Shown here piece after piece: positions 29,301 through 38,423 of a DNA stretch of 64,000 nucleotides; position 1 is the first letter of the stretch; each line of letters begins with the position of its first letter. The position numbers were made by a program, and so were the translations under genes. The notes beneath the pieces were generated by a model, which was not told the origin of the DNA, ran no database searches, and saw nothing but the letters and a program-made list of their open reading frames with translations. The stretch comes from an uncultured Bacteroidales bacterium (GTDB lineage Bacteria > Bacteroidota > Bacteroidia > Bacteroidales > UBA10428): the NCBI GenBank assembly GCA_963800645.1, contig CAWDBX010000004.1:20422-84421 (forward strand), written 5' to 3'.

Positions 29301-31808
29301 AAGTCCCCGCTTTTTTCGAACACCCGCGTGGTGAAATTTACCTGGAGCATTCCCGGTGAGGAACGTGCCGCAGTGATTCTGCCGGGTATGGTTGCTTTTC
29401 CTGCCGCATCGGTATTTCCGTCAAAGAGAATCTGCTCCTCAGCCTCAAAACTTCTGGCCGGATCGGTAAACTGGTAGTCCGGATATTTATCAAATGTTGT
29501 AGCGGCTCTTGTAAGGTTAACGGACACCACCGCTCTTAAACCCGGTGCCGGAGCGCCATGAAGCCAGGCGGCAGAAAGGAGTCCGCTGATCCCTGGAGTT
29601 GCGGAAGAAAGCTTTTGGGCATCGAATTTCAGATCAATTTTTAAACGGTTTGGTTTAACCGTTTCCACCCGGATGCTTTTGGTGAACTGTGTACCGCCTA
29701 CCTTCACGCGCATATTCCAGTTGCCCGTAGGGGCATCCTGCGGGGTTGGCACCGGCCAGGAATAGAATCCATCCGTGCCGGCAGTTTTGGTGCTCCTGGA
29801 AAACAATTGTCCTTTTGGGTTGTACAATTCGAAAACAACAGGATGGGACAGCGGCAGAAGTTTTTGTTTGTCTTCGAGCATAAAGGTCATAAACAAGGTG
29901 TCGCCGGGTCTCCAAACACCCCGCTCACCATAGATAAAACCCTTGATGCCCTTGGGAACAGTGTTGCCTGAAACATCAAAAGCCCCCAGTGATAAGGAAG
30001 AACCATCATCCAGTCGCAAATAACCTCTTTGCTTGCCAAATTTGGCGATGAGCAAATACGGCTTTTCGGGTGTGGTCACCGATACGAATCCATTATTGTC
30101 TGTAATCCCCGATACCAAAACTTGCTGCTGAAAATTGTAAAGTGATACTTCAACTCCATTCATGGGCCGGGAGTCCACCAGATTGGTCACGGCACAAAAA
30201 GTAACCTGATCCGTTCCCGATTTGGCCACGATGCCCAGATCCGAGGCCAGGATATTGCGTGCCACCCTGTTGCCCTGGTGGTAATACGATGGCGTACAGG
30301 GATTGTCACGGTCCTCCCACTCATAATCATACGCATAAATAATCCTCATAATAGTCTTCATATGAATCCCAGTAAGAGGTTTCCTCCATGTCGCCGTAAT
30401 ACTCCCCGGTATCCGTTCCTTCCTGCTCCTCCTGATTCAGGTCATCACAGGGATAGCGCGAGTACTTCCTGCGGAAGGATATTTCCACCCTGTAGATCGA
30501 TCCGGGATCAGGGGTGATCAGTTTCGCCAGATCAATATAAAACCGGTTCCATTTTCCGAGATCCGCCGGCACATAATCGAGAGTTACCGTTTGTTCGTGT
30601 ACCAGGCGGCCGGCGCGTTTGAGCTGATTGCTGCCATCGAGCCGGTTTACCTGCAAAAAATGACCAATGTTGTTTTCATAGATTTTGATAATCCGGATAT
30701 CCACGGCATTCAGGTTAACTGCTTCAAAGGGGAAGATCATTCCCCTGGCAGAAGGTAGAATTACGCCTTTTCCTGCCAGTCGCACTTCCGGTTTAGGAAC
30801 TTCAAAAACAAGATCGGCAGTAAAATCCTGCTTCAGTCCGGTTCCCAGGATGTTGGCAAGCCCTTCCCGGATGGTGATGACGCTTTCACCGCTTAATCTT
30901 TCCACCGGGAAAGCTTTGATAACATTGCCCGATACCGTAAAATCAAGGGTTGTATAGTTATCCAGAAAGATTAACCCTTCGAGATTCTGACCCTTTTTCA
31001 CCGGATCACTGAACATCATTTGAATATATTGCTCGGGCTGTTGTATTACCTTAACATCCATGACCTTATAATCACCCAGGGCCGGGATGTCCATTTCCGT
31101 GCTGCCTTTAATGCCCCGGTATTCCGGTGATGCATCCCAAAAAATCTCCACTGTTCCCGGCTTTTCTGTCCTTTTTACACTATCTACGGAAAAGAGGAAG
31201 TTCCTCCTGTCCGTGCCGGGTTCCCAGCTGATTTTTAGCTTTCGGTTTTCCTGCCTGGCCTGTATATATTTTGTAAGTAATTCTTTATCTATAACATCCG
31301 CCGTATTAACTATTCCTTTAATCCGGTTCCACACCAGATCATTTTCATTATGAGTCTGATATCCCTCTATCTCCACGGCAAGAGCCTGCTCAACGACGTT
31401 AAAACTGAAATGGAATACCGCGAGATCTTTGGGCACCTGAAGAACCCTGTTGAGGAAGAACTTGACGGAATAGGTTTCACCCGATTTAAGTTTACCGGCA
31501 GGTCGGAATTCAATCGTTCTTTTATCCACCCAAACGGCCTGACCGTCAACAGCCGGCTTAAACCTGAATAATCCTTCACCAGCAGGAGCATTGGTCATAT
31601 CCGTACCGGGGTAATCCTCGGCGAGAACGATCTGGATGACGGATTCGGAAGAAACAATGCCGGAAGTAAAAGCAGCAATCTTCTCGGTAAAGGCAGGATT
31701 AACCAGGGTAGCCGATTGATCCGCTTTTTTGCACTGTGCGAGAAAAAAAGCCAAAAAGACCGGAAAGGCAATCCTGTTCAGCCGCGATAAAGAGGTTATA
31801 GATTTCAT
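26229..31808 (-). pseudogene. alpha-2-macroglobulin family lipoprotein with thioester motif; split into at least 7 ORFs by frame breaks
   Basis: Colinear fragments 30327-31856, 27905-30361, 27616-27945, 27092-27694, 26983-27264 and 26639-26965, plus 26229-26640 read by hand (ALTQIFPSGWEI..., YQDIRDDRIYTYFDLSKGERKTFVVQLNAAYLGKYYLPGLLCEAMYDNSV...WVEVINAGK-stop). The N-terminus MKSITSL...FLAQC is a lipoprotein signal. The thioester site is YPHGCMEQ, with CMEQ at 27587-27598. Confidence 0.85.
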
Positions 31809-31868
31809 GTAAGAAAACTTTAGGTTAAGGACAACCAGGAAAATATAAGAAATCAACCCTGCTAAGCT

Positions 31869-33119
31869 TTACAGGGTCTCTGAAGTAAGTTTGTACAATT
31901 TATCGGCCCTTCTGATTTTTCTGGGTACGGTGATGGAAAAACGATCTCCCGCTTTAGCTTCATGGACCTTGATCAAGTCGACCCGTATTTCCTCCACCAC
32001 AGATTCAACCACACCGGTAGTAGGACCGATGATCAACACCTTGTCACCCTGCCGCAGTGTACCCGCTTCACATAAAAAGTCGGCCACCCCGATACGCGGA
32101 AAATAATTGATGCTCTTGGCCACATATTCCTTCTTCTGCGTGGCTCTGGATCCGTAAACATCACTCCATGCACCAAGTTTTTGCCCCAGATAGTAGCCAT
32201 CCCAGAAGCCCCGGTTGAAAACCGTGGACAATCGGTCGCGCCAGCCGGCAATTTTTTCTGTTGTATAGGTTCCCTCCGCCCAACATTGAATGGCCTGATG
32301 ATAGCATTCCGTCACGACTTTCACATATTCCGGTGAACGTGCCCTGCCCTCAATTTTCAATACCCTTACCCCTGCATCCATAATCTTGTTAAGAAAATGT
32401 ATGGTGCACAGGTCCTTGGGAGACATGATAAATTCACTTTCGAGATCCAGTTCAAACCCTGATTCCTTTTCTTTCACCGTATAGCTCCTGCGGCAGTCCT
32501 GAAGGCATTCGCCCCGGTTTGCCGAATGATTGTGATGATGAAGACTAAGGTAACATTTACCGGAAACGGCCATGCAAAGGGCCCCATGCGCAAAAAGTTC
32601 GGTTCTGATAAGATTTCCCGATGGCCCTTTGATCTGATCCGCTTCAATGGTTCGGTTGATGGCGGCTACCTGCTCCAAGGATAGCTCCCGGGCCAGTACG
32701 GCCACATCGGCAAAACCCGCATAAAATTTCAACGATTCAATATTGCTGATATTCACCTGGGTTGACAAGTGAACTTCCATACCTTGCTGCCATGCATAAT
32801 GGATGGCAGCCTGATCAGAAGCAATGATGGCATTGACCCCGTTTTCCCGGGCGAGGTCAACCATCCTTTTCATTTCATCCATTTCCTGGTCATAAGAAGA
32901 CCACATTCAGGGTAAGATAGGCTTTTTTGTTAAAATGTCTGCAGATCCGCATAATTTTTTGCAGATCCCCGGGGGTAAAATTGATCGAGGACCTTGCCCG
33001 CATATTCAGCTTCCCCAATCCGAAATATACCGAATCCGCGCCTGCGCGTAACAGCCGCCGATAAGCGATTCAAAGGATCCCACCGGGGCCATCAGATCAA
33101 TGTCATTTCGCTTAAGCAT
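31869..33119 (-). pseudogene. U32 family protein (PrtC/TrhP/RlhA-like, Fe-S motif present); at least 2 frame breaks in the first about 210 nt
   Basis: ORF 31869-32906 carries LKIEGRARSPEYV and C111-x6-C118-x15-C134-x3-C138 (32493-32576). The upstream frames give MLKRNDIDLMAPVGSFESL...YFGLGKLNMRARSSINFTPGDLQKIMRICRHFNKKAYLTLN from the ATG at 33119. Confidence 0.8.
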
Positions 33120-33173
33120 ATTTGCAGATCTCCTATGTTAATAGCAGTAAGATTCGGGTTGCGGCAGTGAACA

Positions 33174-33552
33174 TCACTTAAAAAATTCCTTAATGGCACC
33201 CCAGTAATAAACATTCCACCCTTCCTCCAGATCATCTGCTTCCTCATCAGGAATATTGGTATGTTCCAGGGTTACTTTTGTCCCCAGCTGATGAGGCTTA
33301 AGATGGATGGTCACAATGGATTCTTCCGGACTGTCGCCAAAGTACCACTCCTGTACGAGTTGTTGGTTTTCAACAACTTTAATGTTTCTTCCCGCAATAT
33401 CCCCGTCGAAAATGGAGAATTCTGTTCCTTCTTTGGCTTCCATCCGTGCAGGATAGCCACTCCAGAATTCGATGGTAAAAGGATTGGTAATGGCCGAAAA
33501 CACTTCTTCAGGAGTAGCACTGACAAAATGTTTTTGTCTTGATTGTCTTCAT
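33174..33552 (-). pseudogene. SRPBCC/AHSA1-domain protein; one frame break near 33510-33530
   Basis: ORF 33174-33503 reads FSAITNPFTIEFWSGYPARMEAKEGTEFSIFDGDIAGRNIKVVENQQLVQEWYF. The upstream part MKTIKTK(H)FVSATPEEV is in another frame, shifted across an A-run. Confidence 0.65.
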
Positions 33553-33726
33553 AGATCTTTCTTCCCTTTATGGCTTATGGTTTCACGTTTGTTGGTATAG
33601 TCTGTATTCGGATGATACCGGATGCAAAAAGAATTTTTCCTGTAATCGATTTTCATAATGATACTAAAATTACAAATCTCTTCAGTATTTTCGCCATGGC
33701 AAAAATATATTTTTTGAATTACTCCG

Positions 33727-34653
33727 TTGAATAAAGGTATAGTAGTAAAAACCACCGGAAACTGGCACACGGTCAGAGCCGGAAACCAGGTGATCCACTG
33801 CAGGCTGAAAGGGAACTTCCGGATTCGCGGCATCAGAAACACCAATCCGGTTGCTGTGGGAGACGAGGTCACCTTTGAATTTACCGGCAAGGAATACGGG
33901 ATCATCACGGCCATTCACGACCGGAAAAATTATATCATCCGGAAAGCCATCAACCTTTCGCGTGAAACGCAGATTATGGCGGCCAATCTTGATCAGGTAT
34001 TCCTTATGATCACCCTTGATTTTCCTGAAACCCCGCTGGAATTTGTGGACAGGTTTCTGCTGTCGGCTGAAGCCTATCACATTCCCTGCATCCTGCTGAT
34101 CAACAAAATGGATGTATATGGTCCCGAAAAATTAGCCTATCTGGAAGAAGTAAGGAAAATTTATGACAATGCAGGTTACAGGGTCATCGACATTTCGGTT
34201 ACCGGAGAAATGAACCTGGAGCAGGTACGACAGGTGATGCAGGGCAAACTGAGCCTGATTGCCGGTAATTCAGGAGTAGGCAAAACCAGTTTGATCAATT
34301 ATTTTTGTCCCGGTCTTGACCTGAAAACAAATGATATTTCCTGGTATCATCAATCGGGAAAACATACCACCACCTATCCCGAAATGATCGAAATTACTTC
34401 AGGCACCTACGTCATCGATTCTCCCGGAATAAGAGGTTTCGGGATAATCGACCTGAACAGGAACGAGATCGGGCTTTACTTTACAGACATATTTAATTTA
34501 TCCCGGCATTGCCAGTTTTATAATTGTACCCACATACACGAACCAAACTGTGCCGTAATTGAAGCCTGCAGAACGGGCGTACTTCATGAATCACGCTACC
34601 GGAGTTATTTTAAATTGTTTACGGATACCGACCAGAAGTACAGAGTACCATAA
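33727..34653 (+). CDS. rsgA: ribosome small-subunit-dependent GTPase A (TTG start as drawn)
   Basis: Intact 308-aa ORF with an OB-fold N-terminus, ANLDQVFLMITL, the P-loop GNSGVGKTSLIN and the zinc motif CQFYNCTHIHEPNC. Confidence 0.9.
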   Translation: MNKGIVVKTTGNWHTVRAGNQVIHCRLKGNFRIRGIRNTNPVAVGDEVTFEFTGKEYGIITAIHDRKNYIIRKAINLSRETQIMAANLDQVFLMITLDFPETPLEFVDRFLLSAEAYHIPCILLINKMDVYGPEKLAYLEEVRKIYDNAGYRVIDISVTGEMNLEQVRQVMQGKLSLIAGNSGVGKTSLINYFCPGLDLKTNDISWYHQSGKHTTTYPEMIEITSGTYVIDSPGIRGFGIIDLNRNEIGLYFTDIFNLSRHCQFYNCTHIHEPNCAVIEACRTGVLHESRYRSYFKLFTDTDQKYRVP

Positions 34654-34738
34654 CCCCTGTGAATAGAATTCCGTATATACTTATTGTATCTATTAAAATA
34701 TTTTATACTTTGATCTACTATTATACAATTTGCTCAGG

Positions 34739-37558
34739 ATGAAGAAATACACCTACTATTTTATCATAATAACATCGGTCGTTATTTTGTTGAATATTTA
34801 CTTCAATATCTCGATTTTCCAAAGTCAGATCTCCTTTCAGCGAAGTATTTTATCGGGACAGGCCGAGGCCAGTGTCAATGAGATCGAAGGCGCTCTGATG
34901 AAATTTGAGAATGAAGTAAATGCCCTGCTTTTTTCAAATGCCCTGCTTAACATCAACATCAGCAGTGATGACATTAACCAGGATGGATTGAGAAGTCTTG
35001 AATTGCTTTTCACCAACAACAGTGACCTCATTAAAAATGTTCGTATATACGATAATAACAAGAATGTCCTGAATCTTTCCTTTAACAAAAAGAACCGGCT
35101 ATTGGTGGATCCCTTTGTCACGCAGCATCAAAATGAGCTCCAGGACCGAGAATTGGTGATGAAATCCGAAGATCAGTATCTATATACTTTTCCTGTTTTC
35201 CGCAACAATGAGCTGGTGGCCAATGTAGCCTTCGCACTGGACCTGGAAAATTACTTCCAGTCTGTTTTTAACCATTACCATCACAATGGGGATTTCTGGC
35301 AATGGCTGTTGGACAGTGACGGTAAGATTATGTTCAGCAATGCTGCCTTACCTGTGGTGATGAAAGACACTTCCCTTCTGAAAGAAAGTATCGCCCGCGA
35401 ACTATCCGGTTTTATCAAACACCACATTCTCTGTAACAATAAATCCGAGCAGCTTTATTCCGCACATGCCTCGCTGAACATCCTGAATGAAAGGTTTGGC
35501 ATTGTTTTTTCCATGCGAAAAGGTTTTGTTTTTGATCTCCTGCTGAACCGTGTTATATTTTCCGGTATTTTCAGTACGGTCATCATGTTCCTTTTTGTAC
35601 TCCTGCTGTATGGCAAATTGGGCAAAAACCTTTCTCTCCGTGAAAAAGCCAGTGTTGAACTGTCAACTTTGCAATCGATCTTTGACAACCTGCCGGTAGG
35701 CATTATCGTGCTGGACCAGAACCAGCAGCTTAAAATCCTGAATCAAACGGCTCGTGAAATGCTATTACTGCGTAATGATGAGACGATTAAAGGTAGTAAC
35801 CTTAATGATCGATTCATGCTTTCCAAGGATTATTATGATTCCAATACTGAATCGGCTTTTGATAATCACCAATTTGTTTTATACCGGCATGAGGGTGAAG
35901 AAGTTGCCGTGTATAAAAAGGACCTTCCTTTTATTATTCAACAGGAAGAGTATCTGTTAAGTGCTTTTGTGGATGTGACTCCAATAGAAAAAGCCAGGAA
36001 ATACGAGGAGGCGGCCAATACCGCCAAGTCAGAGTTTCTGGCAAAGATGAGCCATGAGATCAGAACGCCGATGAACGGGATTATTGGCATGACCGAAGCC
36101 CTTGATCAGGAAAATCTTACCCAAACCCAGAAAGAATATGTACAGATTGTCAAACGATCGGCTGATGTATTGCTGACCCTGATCGATGATATCCTTGATT
36201 TCTCCAAAATTGAGGCCGGGAAAATGCAACTGGAGGAGATCCCCTTCAAACTCCGGGAGGAAGTTAAATTTGCGGTTGATCTTTTCAGGCCGATTATCGA
36301 GGAAAAGAAGCTCGAATGCAACCTCAGGATTAATCCCGGTGTGCCGGAAAACATCATTGGTGATCCCTTCAGGCTCCGGCAGGTTTTAACGAACCTGATC
36401 AGCAATGCCGTAAAATTCACCCATGAGGGAGAGATCCTTGTTGGTGTTGAACTTGAGGAAGAATACAATAATAATCTTACCCTGTTGTTTTATGTGGAGG
36501 ATACAGGCGTTGGCATACCGAGGAACAAGATTGAAAGCATCTTCAATTCATTCACGCAGGCCGAAGAATCCACATCGCGAAAATACGGAGGATCGGGCCT
36601 GGGAACCACCATTTCAAAACAGCTGGTAACCCTGATGCACGGCGAAATTTCCGCTCAAAGTCCCTCCACGATCTCCAGAAAACCCAATTATCCCGGATCA
36701 CGATTCAGTTTTACCATTGAAGTGTATTCCAATGAGAAGCTGATAAAAACGTTGCAGACGGAGAAAATAACCGATTTTTCCCAGGTGAATGCCTTGCTGA
36801 TCACCACGGCTCAAACCTCCAAACAACGGCTGCTCCGATTATTTGAGCACGAGAAGATCCATACCGAATTTTTTGAATTCGACAATGGGAAAATGCCGGA
36901 GCTGAAGCAAAAATTAACCGAAAACCTGGGGCATTATCACATGCTCTTCATCCTGGATGAGCCCGGATTGAACGGCCTTCAGCTTTCCAAAAAGTTAAAG
37001 GAAGATAAGCTGGCAGATTCCTATCTGATCTTCATGATCAGTTCCAATCACAAAACGGAAAATTTTGTACAGTCGAAACGTTACGGTATTGACTATTATC
37101 TTGTTGAGCCCTTTGAGCGCCCTGATTTGCTGAACTATCTGTATGAATCCTTCCCGAATGTGCAAAGAGCCCCGGGTGAAATCGTCCGTAAAATACGGCC
37201 CGATATTTCCATCCTGGTGGCAGATGACAATGAAATCAATATCCGGGTAGCGCAAACCATATTTTCAAACCTGGGGTATAAAATCGATGTGGCCAGGAAT
37301 GGAAATGAAGCGGTGGAAAAGGTAAAAAGCAATGCTTACGATATTGTGTTCATGGACCTGGTGATGCCTGACCGCGACGGTATTCAGGCTACGGTGGAAA
37401 TCAGGGGATTGGGTCACCAGATGCCCATTGTGGCCATGACAGCAACCGCCAACACCAAAAGCAAAGCAAAGGCCATTTCTTCCGGTATGAATGATTACAT
37501 GGTGAAGCCGGTCAAGACCGATTCCATTCGCAGTGTGCTCATCAAGTGGTTTGCCTGA
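34739..37558 (+). CDS. hybrid sensor histidine kinase / response regulator (sensor-TM-PAS-HisKA-HATPase-degenerate REC-REC)
   Basis: Intact ORF. The H-box is SEFLAKMSHEIRTPMNGIIGMTE and the ATPase motifs are NLISNAVKFT, EDTGVGIP and GGSGLGTTIS. The C-terminal receiver is ILVADDNEINIRV...DIVFMDLVMPDRDG...MTA...MVKP. Confidence 0.9.
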   Translation: MKKYTYYFIIITSVVILLNIYFNISIFQSQISFQRSILSGQAEASVNEIEGALMKFENEVNALLFSNALLNINISSDDINQDGLRSLELLFTNNSDLIKNVRIYDNNKNVLNLSFNKKNRLLVDPFVTQHQNELQDRELVMKSEDQYLYTFPVFRNNELVANVAFALDLENYFQSVFNHYHHNGDFWQWLLDSDGKIMFSNAALPVVMKDTSLLKESIARELSGFIKHHILCNNKSEQLYSAHASLNILNERFGIVFSMRKGFVFDLLLNRVIFSGIFSTVIMFLFVLLLYGKLGKNLSLREKASVELSTLQSIFDNLPVGIIVLDQNQQLKILNQTAREMLLLRNDETIKGSNLNDRFMLSKDYYDSNTESAFDNHQFVLYRHEGEEVAVYKKDLPFIIQQEEYLLSAFVDVTPIEKARKYEEAANTAKSEFLAKMSHEIRTPMNGIIGMTEALDQENLTQTQKEYVQIVKRSADVLLTLIDDILDFSKIEAGKMQLEEIPFKLREEVKFAVDLFRPIIEEKKLECNLRINPGVPENIIGDPFRLRQVLTNLISNAVKFTHEGEILVGVELEEEYNNNLTLLFYVEDTGVGIPRNKIESIFNSFTQAEESTSRKYGGSGLGTTISKQLVTLMHGEISAQSPSTISRKPNYPGSRFSFTIEVYSNEKLIKTLQTEKITDFSQVNALLITTAQTSKQRLLRLFEHEKIHTEFFEFDNGKMPELKQKLTENLGHYHMLFILDEPGLNGLQLSKKLKEDKLADSYLIFMISSNHKTENFVQSKRYGIDYYLVEPFERPDLLNYLYESFPNVQRAPGEIVRKIRPDISILVADDNEINIRVAQTIFSNLGYKIDVARNGNEAVEKVKSNAYDIVFMDLVMPDRDGIQATVEIRGLGHQMPIVAMTATANTKSKAKAISSGMNDYMVKPVKTDSIRSVLIKWFA

Positions 37559-37627
37559 TCGGATCACAGGATCTGCACCTGAACTTTCCGCGTTTACCAC
37601 GGCCCGAATAATTCATGAAATGAGTTT

Positions 37628-37655
37628 TATCTTTGAATAATTCGGCTTAAATTTG
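37628..37655 (+). promoter_or_regulatory. two tandem TAnnTTTG -7 boxes upstream of the 236-aa orphan gene
   Basis: tatctttg (37628-37635) and taaatttg (37648-37655) lie 46 and 26 nt upstream of the ATG at 37681. Confidence 0.4.
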
Positions 37656-37680
37656 GTAACCATCCAAATATTATCCGAAG

Positions 37681-38391
37681 ATGAACGCCGATGCAATTGA
37701 ATCATTGGGGTATATTCTTAAGGAAGAAAGTCTGCAGAATGTAGACCACTATACCCTGAAAAACACCCTGGTACTGGAGAATTTAGAGCCTTTCCCCGGC
37801 TACCACGGAGTGAACCTGCCGTTGGATGCAAAACCGGATTCCATTTTCCTGATCACGGATAAAGCCTACCCGGTTGAGACTGTTTTCAGAATTTCACAGC
37901 AGATGTGCCATTACCTGAATTTTCCTTTTGATTCCTGTCCGGCAGAGATTTTTATCTACAATACCCAGCTTTTCGGGATAAGAATTAAAGGCTTAAGTAA
38001 TTATTCTTTAATTTCTGATATTCAAGGCTGTTACATGGATCATAATATTCATTTTATGAAAAAGCGGCAGATCAATGATCCTGGTCTCATCCGCATTAAC
38101 AAGATCTTTTGTCTTGAAAAGCTTGCTGAATATGTGTATAAAGACCTGGAGGATGAGCGCACGTTTTATCTGTCGATTCCCTATTATTTGAACTGGAACC
38201 TGTTTAAGAAAGTGACCATTATTGTTAAAAACAACCTCGACAACAGCAATTTTGATTGTGCTGTGGGATTTATCTATCGTAAAATGATGCTTGATTTTGT
38301 CCGCATATATACCCAAAATATCGACATCAACCGGTTGCAGTTGATACGTTCAAAATACCTGGAAGAAGTTTCCAGGCTGCAGGAGAAATAG
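37681..38391 (+). CDS. hypothetical protein, no family recognised
   Basis: Intact 236-aa ORF with its own promoter-like boxes. There is no signal peptide or TM segment, and the composition is typical of coding sequence. I recognise no motif. Confidence 0.5.
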   Translation: MNADAIESLGYILKEESLQNVDHYTLKNTLVLENLEPFPGYHGVNLPLDAKPDSIFLITDKAYPVETVFRISQQMCHYLNFPFDSCPAEIFIYNTQLFGIRIKGLSNYSLISDIQGCYMDHNIHFMKKRQINDPGLIRINKIFCLEKLAEYVYKDLEDERTFYLSIPYYLNWNLFKKVTIIVKNNLDNSNFDCAVGFIYRKMMLDFVRIYTQNIDINRLQLIRSKYLEEVSRLQEK

Positions 38392-38423
38392 ACACCTCCT
38401 GTTTGCTCCGGCCGGTACTTTCC

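Noticed and set aside
16512-31808. Possible horizontally acquired GC-rich island containing pbpC and the A2M gene, versus an AT-rich 46.6-53.3 kb block
   Set aside because: Hand counts of single 60-nt lines ranged from about 27% GC (flippase) to about 65% GC (pbpC). But high values also occur in neighbouring housekeeping genes such as DUF2723 and the kinase catalytic core. The AT-rich genes are mostly membrane or repeat proteins. A few hand-counted lines are not a valid compositional test, which would need a sliding-window GC and codon-usage analysis.
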